Below are positions 39,041-49,570 of a stretch of DNA of 64,000 nucleotides, one piece after another (within the stretch, counting starts at the first letter, position 1; every line of letters begins with the position of its first letter). Origin of the DNA: an uncultured delta proteobacterium. Its GTDB lineage: Bacteria; Myxococcota; Myxococcia; Myxococcales; Myxococcaceae. Location of the stretch: positions 128,001-192,000 of the forward strand of contig CAVQKE010000006.1 in NCBI GenBank assembly GCA_963713045.1, read 5' to 3'. The notes below the pieces were generated by a model. The model saw only the letters and a program-made list of their open reading frames with translations. It did no database searches and was not told the origin of the DNA. A program made the translations under genes and the position numbers.

Positions 39041-40023
39041 GGGTGGACCTGCGCCGGGCGGGCCAGGGTTTGGGCCGGCGGACCGGTCAGCTGGGCCAGC
39101 GCCGCGTCGTTGGTGCGGATGACGGCGTGCTCGCGCAGGCTCTCGACGTAGGCCGCCTGGGCCTTTTCCTTCTTGTCGCGCAGCAGGCGGCGCTCCACCT
39201 CGCGGCGCACCTGCGCCAACTCCTTCCTGTGCGCCGGTTTGCGCTCCAGCACCTTGAAGAGATGGAAGCCGTACTCGCTGGTCACCACGTCGGAGATTTG
39301 CCCGGGTTGGAGAGAAAATGCCACCGCGTCGAATTCCGGCGGCATCACTCCGCGCGGAAACCAGCCCAGGTCGCCTCCTAGCCGAGCATCCGCAGAGAGG
39401 GAGTGGGCCCGGGCCAAGTCGCTGAATTTCGCCCCCCGGTGCAACTCGTCCCGCAGCCGTTGGGCCTCCTCCAACTCCTTCACGACAATTTGCGCGGCGT
39501 GCACCTGTTCCGGTTCCTGGAATTCCTGGGCGTGCGCGTCGAGGTAGCCCTGAAGCTCCTCCTCGGTGACGGCCACCCGCTGGTACACCACTTCATCCAC
39601 CAACTTCTCGACGGTGAGTCGGGCGGCGGTCTCACTCTCAAAAGCGGCCTCACTCAGCCGGCCCTGGCTGAGCGCCTCCTGGAAGCGTCCCTCCTGGTAC
39701 TCGGCCTTCAGCCGGGCCACCGCCGCCTGTACGGCCTCGGGGGAGACGGAAATGTGCTTGGCCCGGGCGTCCTGCAGCAGCAGTTGTCGGTCCACCAGTT
39801 CTTGCAGCACGGTGTGCTTCAGGGCAGCCAGCTGGTCGGGAGCCGGGGCGGTCGCCCCCTCCGGCACTTCATAGGCCAGGGCCAGCTCGCGCGAAAATTC
39901 GGAGACGGCGATGGGCTCGCCATTCACCACTGCCACCACGGCGGGGTCCAGCTGCGGCGCGCCCCGTCGGGCGCACGCCAGAAGGAGACTGGCGGCGGCG
40001 AGCCCGCACGCCCACCGCGTCAT
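39037..40023 (-). CDS. Parvulin-type PPIase lipoprotein
   Basis: Lipobox LLAC, VAVVNGEPI, GGDLGWF, YGFHLFK. Confidence 0.88.
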   Translation of the reverse strand: MTRWACGLAAASLLLACARRGAPQLDPAVVAVVNGEPIAVSEFSRELALAYEVPEGATAPAPDQLAALKHTVLQELVDRQLLLQDARAKHISVSPEAVQAAVARLKAEYQEGRFQEALSQGRLSEAAFESETAARLTVEKLVDEVVYQRVAVTEEELQGYLDAHAQEFQEPEQVHAAQIVVKELEEAQRLRDELHRGAKFSDLARAHSLSADARLGGDLGWFPRGVMPPEFDAVAFSLQPGQISDVVTSEYGFHLFKVLERKPAHRKELAQVRREVERRLLRDKKEKAQAAYVESLREHAVIRTNDAALAQLTGPPAQTLARPAQVHP

Positions 40024-41081
40024 GGCTTGGCGGGTGGCGCCTGGGGCATCGCGGGCGGGGTGGTGGGCAGGGACCTGGATGGCATCCCGGGCTGCGAGCC
40101 GACGATGGGGTGGGGGGCCTGCGGTCCGCCTGGCGCCGGGCCGTCCACCAGCACCTTGGCCAGGGCTGCATCGTCGACTTTCAAGCCGGCCTTGGTCTTG
40201 AGGTCCGCCAGGAATTTCTCGTAGGCCTGGTTGCGGCGCTCGTTCTGCAGGCGAAGGCGAATCTGCCCCTTCGCATCGGCCAACGGGGTTTGCGTCTGCA
40301 GGTTGTGGGCCCGCAGTTTGAGAATGTGGACGCCGCTGCGGGTGTGCACCAGGCCCGACAAGTTGCCAGGCTCTTTGAGGGCCTGGGCGGCCTGGGCCAC
40401 TTCCGGCCCGTATCGGGCAGAGAGTTCCGCCGCCGAGAGGGCCCGGAGGTCGCCGTCCATGGCCCGGGAGGGGTCGTCAGAATTGGCTTTGGCCAGTAAG
40501 CCGAAGGCGGCGAAGTCATCCGGCTTCAGCTTCTGGGCTTGCGCCAACAGCTTGGCGGCCTTCGCCTCCTGGGCCTTCTGCTTGGCCGGGTCCGGGGGGG
40601 ACGGAAAGGCCACAAAAATGGTGCTCAGTCGCCAGGTTTCCGGCCGGGTGAAGTCCGCGATGTGGCTGTCGTACCAGGCCTGGACGTCCTCATCGCTCAC
40701 CGCCGGGGGCGGGCGGTCGCGTTCGTCCTTCACCACCCGCTGGGCGAGGACGTTTTTCACGCCCTCCACCACCTCGGGGTCCTTGGCTTTGCCTTCCGAC
40801 ACCGCCTCGCGGGCCAAGAGGTCCAAGGTGGCGAGTCTTTCGATGAATTCCTTCTTGGCCGGGGCGTTCTGGTAGCGCATCCGCACCATCGGCGGCAGCT
40901 GGCCCAGCGCCTTGTTGACGTCCTCGGCGGTGATGACGCCGCCGTTGTAGGTGGCCACTGTGGTGCCTTGCGAGGGGCGGCGCAGGTCAAAGGTGACGGT
41001 GTCGGTCGAGGTCCGGTTGCAGGCGGACGCGGCGAGCGCCGCCGCGAGACAGGCTGTCTGGAAGAAGGGGTTTCTTGTCAT
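40020..41081 (-). CDS. Parvulin-type PPIase lipoprotein (degenerate)
   Basis: Lipobox ASAC, VATYNGGVIT, DGDL, SGVHILK. Confidence 0.82.
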   Translation of the reverse strand: MTRNPFFQTACLAAALAASACNRTSTDTVTFDLRRPSQGTTVATYNGGVITAEDVNKALGQLPPMVRMRYQNAPAKKEFIERLATLDLLAREAVSEGKAKDPEVVEGVKNVLAQRVVKDERDRPPPAVSDEDVQAWYDSHIADFTRPETWRLSTIFVAFPSPPDPAKQKAQEAKAAKLLAQAQKLKPDDFAAFGLLAKANSDDPSRAMDGDLRALSAAELSARYGPEVAQAAQALKEPGNLSGLVHTRSGVHILKLRAHNLQTQTPLADAKGQIRLRLQNERRNQAYEKFLADLKTKAGLKVDDAALAKVLVDGPAPGGPQAPHPIVGSQPGMPSRSLPTTPPAMPQAPPAKP

Positions 41082-41159
41082 GGCGGGGGGCTCGCCTAGC
41101 ACGGCTGGAGGTGGCGGTGCCAGCCTGCTGACGGGTTGGTGCTACCCTTCTCCCACAGC

Positions 41160-41465
41160 GTGCCCCGGGAAGGCTGGAGCGTCTACATGCTGCGCTGCCG
41201 CGACGGCAGCCTCTACACCGGCATCACCAATGACGTGCGGCGCCGCCTGGCCGCCCACTGCGCAGGCAAAGGGGCCGCCTACACCCGCAGTCGCTGTCCA
41301 GTGCGGCTGGTCTATCGCGAAACGGCCCGGGACCGAAGCTCGGCGCTGCGGCGGGAAGCGGCCTTGAAGCGGCTTCCCAGGACCGAGAAGTGGGCCCTGG
41401 TCCATGCCCTCAGGCGGACTTGGCCGAAGCATCCGGCTTCTTCTCGCGCGACATCGCCGCGATGA
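41160..41465 (+). CDS. GIY-YIG nuclease family protein (YhbQ/UPF0213-like)
   Basis: VYMLRCRDGSLYTGIT, GKGAAYTR, ALRREAALK. Confidence 0.9.
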   Translation: MPREGWSVYMLRCRDGSLYTGITNDVRRRLAAHCAGKGAAYTRSRCPVRLVYRETARDRSSALRREAALKRLPRTEKWALVHALRRTWPKHPASSRATSPR

Positions 41466-41694
41466 TGCCCAACAGCAGGCCGACGAAGGCCCCCACCATG
41501 GTCCCGAAGAGGGTCCAGCGAAACATGGAAGCGGCGGTGCCCAGCGTCACCGAGGCGCAATCGCACTGGGCGTAGACGCCGCTGATGGGGGCGTTGAATT
41601 TGGGCACCAGGTATCTGGCAGCCAGCGACGTCACCAGTCCGCCCACCAGGCCACCGGACGTCACCCACAGCAGGACTTTGCGCATGGTATTCAT
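41410..41694 (-). CDS. Small two-TM hypothetical protein
   Basis: GAGGAG RBS, two TM helices around a QCDC loop. Confidence 0.7.
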   Translation of the reverse strand: MNTMRKVLLWVTSGGLVGGLVTSLAARYLVPKFNAPISGVYAQCDCASVTLGTAASMFRWTLFGTMVGAFVGLLLGIIAAMSREKKPDASAKSA

Positions 41695-41778
41695 CGACCG
41701 CTCTCCTCGGGGGTGCGACAAAGGGTGGGAAGCCGCTCCCAGTCCTGCTATTCGGCGGCTGGTGGGGATGCACTCTAC

Positions 41779-42051
41779 GTGACGCTGCTCGCCTGGGCAG
41801 GCGCTTTCTTTGCGCTGCTTGCCGCCGGCCTCTCCTTGCCCATTCTGCGCTTTGCCTTCCAGCGCAGCCTGGGCACCGGGCTGATGGTGCTGCTCATCCC
41901 CTTCTACGTCTTCTGGTTCGCGGTGAAGCACTTCCAGCACCCGCGCAAGGCCGCCCTGGTGTGTGGCTGGCTGGCCTGCCTCGGGCTGGCGGCGGTGCTG
42001 CTGGCCATCCACAGCCAGGCCAGCCTGCTGGCCGCGGACCTCCTCAACTAG
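41779..42051 (+). CDS. Small hypothetical membrane protein
   Basis: AFQRSLGTGLMVLLIPFY, three hydrophobic segments. Confidence 0.6.
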   Translation: MTLLAWAGAFFALLAAGLSLPILRFAFQRSLGTGLMVLLIPFYVFWFAVKHFQHPRKAALVCGWLACLGLAAVLLAIHSQASLLAADLLN

Positions 42052-42740
42052 ACGCCCCGGGCGTCCGGCGCCCACACCACCTTGTGCTGCTGAAGCTGGA
42101 AGCGGACGTCCAGCCGGTCCGCGACAATCCATTCCGCCAGCGTCTGGGGGGCAAGCCTTCCGTAGACGCAACTGAAGAGGAGAGAGAAGGGCCGCTGCAG
42201 CAGTCGGTGAATTCGCATTTGTTCGCGCGCCCACTGGTAGTCCTCGCGGGTGCCGATGACGAATTTCAACTCATCCCGCGCCGTCATCGACTCCAGCACC
42301 CGAAAGTCATTGCGGTCCGACTCTCCCGAGGAGGGCGTCTTCAAGTCGACGATTTTGTGCACCTCGCTGGGCACCAGCCGCACGTCAATGGCGCCCGACG
42401 TCTCCAGAAGCACCGTCAGCCCGGCCGCCAACAGCCCTTCCAACAGCGGGTAGACGCCCGGCTGCAACAGGGGCTCCCCGCCGGTGACTTCCACCCGCGG
42501 CGCGCCGAGGGCGCGCACCCGCCGCACCACTTCGAAAACCTTCAGCCGCTCGCCGCCGTAAAAGGCAAAGGCGCTATCGCAATAGGTGCAGCGCAGGTGG
42601 CACCCGGTGAGGCGAACGAAGCTGCAGAGGAGCCCCTGGTGGGACGATTCACCCTGCAGCGAGAGGTAAATCTCCTTCACCACCACCGTGTCGGCGGCGG
42701 GCACCCGGCGGGGCTCCAGCTGTGGGCGTGCGGCCAGCAT
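42048..42740 (-). CDS. queE: Radical SAM protein, 7-carboxy-7-deazaguanine synthase-like
   Basis: EIYLSLQGE, RLTGCHLRCTYCD, TGGEPLLQ, ETSG, QQHKVVW. Confidence 0.88.
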   Translation of the reverse strand: MLAARPQLEPRRVPAADTVVVKEIYLSLQGESSHQGLLCSFVRLTGCHLRCTYCDSAFAFYGGERLKVFEVVRRVRALGAPRVEVTGGEPLLQPGVYPLLEGLLAAGLTVLLETSGAIDVRLVPSEVHKIVDLKTPSSGESDRNDFRVLESMTARDELKFVIGTREDYQWAREQMRIHRLLQRPFSLLFSCVYGRLAPQTLAEWIVADRLDVRFQLQQHKVVWAPDARGV

Positions 42741-42818
42741 CTGTCGGCCCTTCCTCTACCACCGTGGCTGTCCGCCTTGCCTCCCGGGTGGCCTTTCGGC
42801 TAGCTGCAGAGGGCAAAC

Positions 42819-43610
42819 GTGCTCAGCCCTCAAGCGCCCGCGCTGTGCTTCGTCCAGGGAAAGGCGGGCCGGTTGCGGGTGGAAGTGGCCGGCCAGGGCG
42901 GTCCCCCGGTTGTGCTTCTGCACGGCAGCGGCGGAGACAGAACGCACTGGAAGCACACGCTGCCCCACCTGGCCCAAGGCCAGCGGACGGTGGCCTTCGA
43001 CATGCGGGGCATGGGCGAGTCCGACGCCCCGGCCGATGGTCGCTATGCCCTGGAGGACTTGGTGGAGGACGTGGTGGCCGTTGCCGAGGCCCTCGGCCTT
43101 GGGCCCTTCGTCCTGGTCGGCCACAGCTTCGGCGCGTCGGTGGTGGCCGCCGCCTGCCGCCGCATCCCGGAGCGGCTGTTGGGGGCGCTTTTCCTGGATG
43201 GCACCGGGGACGTGCGCGGCCTGCCGACCGAGCAGCTGCGGGCCTGGCGGGCCAGCCTCGAGCCCGAGCGCTACGCGGCCAGCGTCCAGGACTGGTTTGT
43301 ACAGCTGTTGGCCCCGGCCACGCCGCAGACGCGCGTCCAGGTGTTGGCCACCCTGGGCCGCACCTCGCGGGCGGCCTACGTCGGTGCGACGGAACAACTC
43401 TTCGGCTTCGAGCCGGCGACGGCCATTCGCTGCTTCCTGGGGCCCAAGGCCCTGCTTGCGGTGCGCACCCTGGACAGCCCGCTGTCGCTGCGTCCGGCGG
43501 TGCCGGAGTTGCCCTGCCAGTTTTTTGACGACGTCAGCCACTGGCTTCAATTGGACGCCCCGGAACGTGTCAACGCGTCCCTGGACGGCTTTCTCGCCCG
43601 GCTGGCCTAA
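42819..43610 (+). CDS. Alpha/beta fold hydrolase
   Basis: VLLHG, DMRGMGES, GHSFG, catalytic His in SHWLQLDAP. Confidence 0.9.
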   Translation: MLSPQAPALCFVQGKAGRLRVEVAGQGGPPVVLLHGSGGDRTHWKHTLPHLAQGQRTVAFDMRGMGESDAPADGRYALEDLVEDVVAVAEALGLGPFVLVGHSFGASVVAAACRRIPERLLGALFLDGTGDVRGLPTEQLRAWRASLEPERYAASVQDWFVQLLAPATPQTRVQVLATLGRTSRAAYVGATEQLFGFEPATAIRCFLGPKALLAVRTLDSPLSLRPAVPELPCQFFDDVSHWLQLDAPERVNASLDGFLARLA

Positions 43611-43671
43611 GCCCCCGAGGCCGGCGAAACCCAAGGCCCGCGCGTCGGCGCTGCTGCCCCAGGCCGGTGGC

Positions 43672-44433
43672 CTACTGCTTCAGCTTGTAGCCTCGCGCCA
43701 GAAGCACATACGTCACCAGCGTTGCCACCAGCGCCAGCGCGCCCAGTAAGGCGCCGCCCAGCAGCGGAGGAAAGACGCTCGAGCCCAACATGCCGTAGCG
43801 CAGCCCCTCCACCATGTACACCATGGGGTTGAAGAGGCTCACCGTGTGCCAGGGCTCCGGCAGCTGCTTCACCGAATAAAAGACGCCGCCCAGAAAGGTG
43901 AGGGGCAACATGACGAAGGTGGGGAAGAAGTTAATCTGCTCGAATTTCTCGGCCCACACCGCGGCGATGAGGCCCAGGACGCTGAAGACGTAGGCCGTCC
44001 CCAGGAGAAACAAGAGGGTGGCGGCGGGGTGGACAAGCTGCAGCGGGGTGAAGATGAGCGCCACGCCCCAGGTCAACAGGCCCACCAACAGGCCGCGCAC
44101 CATCGCCCCGCCGACGAAGCCCAAGAGAATCTCCCCGGGCCCGAGCGGGGCGACCAGAAGGTCCACCACGGTGCCTTGAATCTTCATGATGAAGAGCGAG
44201 CTGCTGCTGTTGAGAAAGGCGTTGTTGGCCATCCCGAGGAAGACGAGGCCAGGGACGATGAAGGGCAGGTAGGGGTGGCCGGTCACTTCTTCCACCCGCC
44301 CGCCCAGCGACACGCCGAAGACGACGAAGTACAGCGAGGTGGAGATGAGGGGCGAAAGCACCGTCTGCCCGGGGACGCGCAAGAAGCGGCGAATTTCCTT
44401 GGACAGCAGCGTGCGTAGCCCGAGCGAATTCAT
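43672..44433 (-). CDS. ABC-2 permease (YadH-like)
   Basis: KEIRRFLR, FIVPGL, PLTFLGGVFYS, NPMVY. Confidence 0.9.
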   Translation of the reverse strand: MNSLGLRTLLSKEIRRFLRVPGQTVLSPLISTSLYFVVFGVSLGGRVEEVTGHPYLPFIVPGLVFLGMANNAFLNSSSSLFIMKIQGTVVDLLVAPLGPGEILLGFVGGAMVRGLLVGLLTWGVALIFTPLQLVHPAATLLFLLGTAYVFSVLGLIAAVWAEKFEQINFFPTFVMLPLTFLGGVFYSVKQLPEPWHTVSLFNPMVYMVEGLRYGMLGSSVFPPLLGGALLGALALVATLVTYVLLARGYKLKQ

Positions 44434-45356
44434 GGCGTCGTTCCACCGCCATGGAGGACTTCAATCAGGACGTCCTCCAGCCGGCTGGCCCGGGTCTCGA
44501 CTTCCCGGACGGGAAACCCGGCGGCGTACAGCGCCCGCAGCACCTCGGCCGCCTGCGCGGACCCCGGACGCTCGGTGTACACCAGGGCCCGGCCGTCCTC
44601 AGACAGGGCGCTGCCGGCGACGATGCCCTCCGGCAACTGGGCCACCGGCCTCTCAAAGGCCACCACCAGCCGCTTCACCCCCATCCGCTGCAAGAGGGCG
44701 CGCTTGTCCTCCACCAGAAGCAGCCGCCCTTCGTTAATGATCCCCACCCGGTCGGCCAACTCCTCGGCCTCCTCCAGGTAGTGGGTGGTCAGCACCACCG
44801 TCGTCCCCTGGCTGCGCAGCTTCCGGACGTAACTCCACAAGTCTCTGCGCAACTCAACGTCCACTCCCGCGGTGGGCTCATCCAAAAAGACAAGCTTTGG
44901 GCGGTGCACCAGCGCCTTGGCGATGAGGAGGCGGCGCTTCATCCCGCCGGAGAGGGCCCGCGTCTGGGCGTTGGCTTTGGCGGTGAGGTCCAGCGCCTCC
45001 AGCACCTCGGCAATGCGGGCCTCATCCGGCTGCTGGCCGTAGTAGCCCAGTTGGATGCGCAGCGACTCGGCCACGGTGAAGAAGGGGTCGAAATTCACCT
45101 CCTGCGGCACCAGGCCCACCTGGAAGCGGGGCCCCAGCGCATCGACGTCCAAGTCCGTCCCGAAGAGACGGATGCGGCCGGACGTCTTCTTCACCAGCCC
45201 GCACGCCGCGCCGATGAGGGTGGTTTTCCCGGCGCCGTTGGGGCCGAGGAGCGCGAAGATTTCCCCCGTCCCAATCTCCAGCGAGACGCCGTCCAACGCC
45301 ACCAGGTCGCGGTAGCGCTTCACCAGCTTCTCCACCTGCAGGACGGGGGCAGCCAC
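44430..45356 (-). CDS. ABC transporter ATP-binding protein (YadG-like)
   Basis: [35 protein letters not shown]. Confidence 0.92.
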   Translation of the reverse strand: MAAPVLQVEKLVKRYRDLVALDGVSLEIGTGEIFALLGPNGAGKTTLIGAACGLVKKTSGRIRLFGTDLDVDALGPRFQVGLVPQEVNFDPFFTVAESLRIQLGYYGQQPDEARIAEVLEALDLTAKANAQTRALSGGMKRRLLIAKALVHRPKLVFLDEPTAGVDVELRRDLWSYVRKLRSQGTTVVLTTHYLEEAEELADRVGIINEGRLLLVEDKRALLQRMGVKRLVVAFERPVAQLPEGIVAGSALSEDGRALVYTERPGSAQAAEVLRALYAAGFPVREVETRASRLEDVLIEVLHGGGTTP

Positions 45357-45448
45357 CGGTGCCGGCCCCTGTAACCCATTCGCCGCAGGCCTGCTGCCTC
45401 AAATGCGGGCGTCCGCCAGCCGGGCGAGGGAACCTTTTTTGGGCGGCC

Positions 45449-47524
45449 TTACAGCTTGAAGGGGTCCGGATTTCGCGCGCGGCCGGCGGGCGGAGGGGCG
45501 TCTTCTGTGACGCCTTTCCGCTGCCGCACCAACGGCACCTCCAGCTGGATGTTGCCTTGGGCCCGGGCGGTGCGCACCGCCGGGAAATAGCCCGGGGCGG
45601 TGAGGCGAAGCACCAGCTGACCGTCCGTTGGGGGAAGCTCTCTCTGCAGCGGCGTGGTCCCCAGCACTTCGCCGGTGTCCAGCCTCTCCACGCGGGCACC
45701 GCGGGGTGTGCTGCGGATGTGCAGCGAGATGCGTGGCTTTGGCGCCGCCAGCGCGACCGGCGGCGGCAGCGCCCTTGGAAACTCGGCCAGCTGGGCCACC
45801 GGCGGCTGGGGCGTCGGCACGGCCGGATGCCGGCGAAGGCCGAGGGCGGCCAAGGCGACCAGGGCGAGGCCGAGCGCGGCGATGGACAGCCAGGTGGAGC
45901 GGCGGAAGGGCCGCGGGGTAGGCGCAAGGAGTGCCGAGGCAAGGGCCGATTCCAGCGCGGCCATGTCCCGGAAGCGGTCCACCGGGTCCTTGGCCAGGCA
46001 GCGCAGCACCACGGCCCGCAGCGCGGCCGGCAGCCGTTCCCCGGCCGGACTGCGCACCGGCAGAGGCGGGGCGGGTTCGGTGAGGACTTGGGCCACCAGC
46101 TGCCCGAAGCTGGTGCCGGAGAAGGGAGGGTGGCCGGCCAACATTTCGTACAGGACGCAGCCCAGCGCGTACTGGTCGGTCCGGGCATCGGCCCCGAGGC
46201 CGTTGGCCTGTTCCGGTGCCATGTAGGCCGGCGTCCCCACAATGGTGCCTTCCACGGTGGAGGTGAGGGGCAAGTCGCCGATGGGCGTCATCAGCTTGGC
46301 CACCCCAAAGTCCAACACCTTGACGAAGTCCCGCTCTGCGCCGCGCCGGACCAGGAAGAGGTTGTCGGGCTTCACGTCCCGGTGGACCACGCCCACCTGG
46401 TGGGCAGCCCCCAGCGCCCGGGCGACCTGACGGGCAATGTCCACCGCCCGCACCACGCTGAGGCGCTCCTCGGCCAGCACTTCGGTGACGCTGCGACCGT
46501 CGAGCATCTCCATGACGCAGTAGACGCGGGTGCGCCCGCTGGGCCCCGGCTCATGGACGAAGTCCTGAATTTCGACGATGTGCTCGTGGTTGATTTGATT
46601 GACCGCGCGCGCCTCGTGGAAGAAGCGTTGGATGAGGTTTTGGTTTTGCGCGTGCTCCGCCCGCAGCACTTTGATGGCCGCTGGCCGGCCCAGCGTGACG
46701 TGTCGGGCGAGGAAGACGCGCCCCATGGAGCCCTCGCCCAGCAGTCGCTCCAGCTGGTACTGGCCGAGGTAGTCGCCCTCCCGCTCTCGGACGGCTTCCT
46801 CGACCAGGAGCAAGGGCGTGGAACCGGTGGGGTGGCCGCGCAACTCCTGCGTCCGGGGTTGCGCCCCGTCGAGGGCGCGCGCCAGGGCGGAGGGGTCCGC
46901 GAAGCGCTCGGTGGGAACCACCTCGAGGCAGCGGCGGACAATCGGCTCGAGCCATCCCCCTGGGCCGCCGCCGAGCGCCTCTCGCATCAGCCGGCCCACC
47001 GCCGCCACGTCCGCCCGCGCGTCGGCCTCAGCGTCGTCGTCGGTCTCCGGTTCGTCGGCCAGCCCCGGGCCCACCAGCTTCGGGGCGTAGCGGGAGAGAC
47101 CGCCCACCAGGAAGACTTGGTCCGCGGGCAGCGCCCGCACCAAAATGCCTGCGCCGCGCAACTCGGTCAGCGCGCTGCACAGCCCCGGGACCAGGAGGGC
47201 CAGCTGGTCCGGGGTGAGCGGCCCGCTGCGTCGCAGGTACGTCGCCAAGTCCTCGCCTTCTAAGTATTCGCTGACCACAAAGGGACGGCCGTCGGGGAGA
47301 CAGCCGGCTTCCAGTTGTCGGGCGAGGTGCGGGTGCTGAATGGCCTGCAGCGCCTGGGCCCGGTCGACGAAGTGTCCGCGCGCGTCCGGGCGCCGCCACA
47401 GCGTCCCGTGGAAGACGCGCACCAGCGCATTGACGCCGCTGTCGACGTTTCGGCCCAGCCAGGCTGCGCTGGCAGCGCTTTCGCCGAGCTTCGTCACCAG
47501 CTGGTAATCGAGCGAGGAAGCCAT
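45449..47524 (-). CDS. Membrane Ser/Thr kinase with N-terminal pseudokinase and C-terminal PEGA-like domain
   Basis: Intact domain GEGSMG, AAIK, HRDVKPDN, DFG, APE; degenerate kinase fold upstream; TM then IRSTPRGARV. Confidence 0.9.
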   Translation of the reverse strand: MASSLDYQLVTKLGESAASAAWLGRNVDSGVNALVRVFHGTLWRRPDARGHFVDRAQALQAIQHPHLARQLEAGCLPDGRPFVVSEYLEGEDLATYLRRSGPLTPDQLALLVPGLCSALTELRGAGILVRALPADQVFLVGGLSRYAPKLVGPGLADEPETDDDAEADARADVAAVGRLMREALGGGPGGWLEPIVRRCLEVVPTERFADPSALARALDGAQPRTQELRGHPTGSTPLLLVEEAVREREGDYLGQYQLERLLGEGSMGRVFLARHVTLGRPAAIKVLRAEHAQNQNLIQRFFHEARAVNQINHEHIVEIQDFVHEPGPSGRTRVYCVMEMLDGRSVTEVLAEERLSVVRAVDIARQVARALGAAHQVGVVHRDVKPDNLFLVRRGAERDFVKVLDFGVAKLMTPIGDLPLTSTVEGTIVGTPAYMAPEQANGLGADARTDQYALGCVLYEMLAGHPPFSGTSFGQLVAQVLTEPAPPLPVRSPAGERLPAALRAVVLRCLAKDPVDRFRDMAALESALASALLAPTPRPFRRSTWLSIAALGLALVALAALGLRRHPAVPTPQPPVAQLAEFPRALPPPVALAAPKPRISLHIRSTPRGARVERLDTGEVLGTTPLQRELPPTDGQLVLRLTAPGYFPAVRTARAQGNIQLEVPLVRQRKGVTEDAPPPAGRARNPDPFKL

Positions 47525-47583
47525 GCCCCTGGGGACCCCCTAGCACTGCGGCAACGAGGTAGAAAGCGGACCCGAGGGACGCC

Positions 47584-49260
47584 ATGGCCGAGAACTTCAT
47601 TTTCACAATGCAGGAACTGCGAAAGGTCCGGGGTGGAAAGGACATCCTCAAGGGCATCTACTTGTCCTTCTTCCCCGGGGCGAAAATTGGGGTCATCGGC
47701 CCCAATGGCGCAGGCAAGTCGACGCTGTTGCGCATCATGGCCGGCGTGGACACCGAGTTTTTCGGCGTGGCCCGCAAGGACCCATCGGCGCGGGTGGGCT
47801 ACTTGCCCCAGGAGCCCCAACTGGATGCGTCGCTGGACGTGTTGGGCAATGTCGAGCTGGGGGTGAAGCCGATTCGCGACGTGTTGCGGCGCTTCGAGGA
47901 GGTGTCCAACGCGTTGGGGGAGCCAGTTGCCGAGGCGCAGATGGAGAAGCTGCTGGCCGAACAGGCTCGGCTGCAGGACGCCATCGACGCGGCCAATGCC
48001 TGGGAACTCGACCGGACGCTGGAAGTTGCGATGGACGCGCTTCGGCTGCCGCCGGGGGATGCCAAGGTGGCGACGCTGTCCGGCGGCGAGAAGCGCCGGG
48101 TGGCCCTGTGCCGGGTCCTCCTGGAGAAGCCGGACTTGCTGCTGCTGGATGAGCCCACCAACCACCTCGATGCCGAAAGCGTGGCTTGGCTGGAGGAGGC
48201 GCTGAAGCAATTCCCCGGCACCGTGGTCAGCATCACCCACGACCGCTACTTCCTCGACAATGTCGCGGAGTGGATTCTGGAACTGGACCGCGGGGAAGGC
48301 GTGCCCTGGAAGGGCAACTACTCCTCCTGGCTGGAGCAGAAGCAAAAGCGACTGGAGATGGAGGAGAAGGCCGAGTCGGGGCGCCAGAAGCAGCTGAAGC
48401 GCGAGCTGGCCTGGGTGCGCAGTAGCCCCAAGGCGCGCCAGGCCAAAAGCAAGGCCCGGCTTCAAGCCTACGAGGAGCTGGCCGCCGCCGCCCCTGACAA
48501 GCGGGAGACGACGGGGGAAATTTGGATACCGCCCGGGCCGCGGTTGGGAGGCCTGGTGGTGGAGTCCCGAGAACTTCGCAAGGGCTACGGGGACCGGCTT
48601 CTTGTGGACGGGTTGAATTTCAAGCTGCCTCCGGGGGGCATCGTCGGCGTCATCGGGCCCAATGGCGCTGGCAAGACGACGCTGTTTCGGATGCTGACCG
48701 GCCAGGAGAAGGCCGACGCTGGCGAGCTGCGTGTCGGGGACACAGTGAAACTGGCCTACGTCGACCAGAGCCGCGATGCCTTGGACGCCGAGAAGACGGC
48801 CTTCCAGGAGGTAAGCGGCGGGCTGGACTTGGTGGACCTCGGCGGCAAGCAGGTGCCGTCGCGGGCCTACCTGGCGGCCTTCAACTTCAAGGGGCCAGAC
48901 CAGCAGAAGCGGGTGAAGGACCTCTCCGGCGGCGAGCGGAACCGGGTGCACCTGGCGAAGATGCTGAAGGGCGGCGGAAACCTGCTGCTCCTCGATGAAC
49001 CCACCAATGACCTCGACGTGGAGACACTGCGTTCACTGGAGGAGGCGCTGCTCGGCTTCGCCGGCTGCGCCGTGGTCATCAGCCACGACCGCTGGTTTCT
49101 GGACCGGGTGGCCACCCACATTCTGGCCTTCGAGGGAGACAGCCGCGCCGTCTTCTTCGAAGGCAACTACCAGGACTATGAGGCGGACAAGAAGAAGCGG
49201 CTGGGAGCCGAGGCACTGCAGCCCAAGCGCATCCGCTACAAGCCCCTCCATCGGGCGTAA
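47584..49260 (+). CDS. ettA: Energy-dependent translational throttle protein EttA (ABC-F)
   Basis: [20 protein letters not shown], two ABC domains, [12 protein letters not shown]. Confidence 0.95.
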   Translation: MAENFIFTMQELRKVRGGKDILKGIYLSFFPGAKIGVIGPNGAGKSTLLRIMAGVDTEFFGVARKDPSARVGYLPQEPQLDASLDVLGNVELGVKPIRDVLRRFEEVSNALGEPVAEAQMEKLLAEQARLQDAIDAANAWELDRTLEVAMDALRLPPGDAKVATLSGGEKRRVALCRVLLEKPDLLLLDEPTNHLDAESVAWLEEALKQFPGTVVSITHDRYFLDNVAEWILELDRGEGVPWKGNYSSWLEQKQKRLEMEEKAESGRQKQLKRELAWVRSSPKARQAKSKARLQAYEELAAAAPDKRETTGEIWIPPGPRLGGLVVESRELRKGYGDRLLVDGLNFKLPPGGIVGVIGPNGAGKTTLFRMLTGQEKADAGELRVGDTVKLAYVDQSRDALDAEKTAFQEVSGGLDLVDLGGKQVPSRAYLAAFNFKGPDQQKRVKDLSGGERNRVHLAKMLKGGGNLLLLDEPTNDLDVETLRSLEEALLGFAGCAVVISHDRWFLDRVATHILAFEGDSRAVFFEGNYQDYEADKKKRLGAEALQPKRIRYKPLHRA

Positions 49261-49315
49261 GCCAACGGGGGTCCCCGTCGAGGGCGACGTCCAGGGCCGC
49301 CGTCCTGGGGTGGGG

Positions 49316-49570
49316 CTACTTCGTCGCCTTGGCCGGCTTCACCTCAATCTTCGTCGCGGTCATCTTGTAGTGCACCGTCACCTTGTCCCCGACTTTGACG
49401 GCGGTGGTGTCCCCGCCGCGGGCAATCTCGAATTTCTCCTTGCCCTTCATGACGGTGATGGTGTCGGCATCCGTCGCGCTGACGCTGCCCGTCACCTGGT
49501 AGGCGTCCGGGGAGGCGGCGAAGGCGGGGGCGGCGAAGAGCGCAGCGGCGAGGGCAAGGCACTTCAGCAT
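49316..49570 (-). CDS. Small secreted beta-rich protein
   Basis: Signal peptide ending AFA, YQVTG...KFEIAR...KVGDKVTVHY; AGGAGG RBS. Confidence 0.75.
   Translation of the reverse strand: MLKCLALAAALFAAPAFAASPDAYQVTGSVSATDADTITVMKGKEKFEIARGGDTTAVKVGDKVTVHYKMTATKIEVKPAKATK

Noticed and set aside
41160..42740. queE plus GIY-YIG nuclease as a 7-deazaguanine DNA-modification or defence system
   Set aside because: No dpdA/tgt, queC, queD or folE nearby; both look like stand-alone housekeeping genes.
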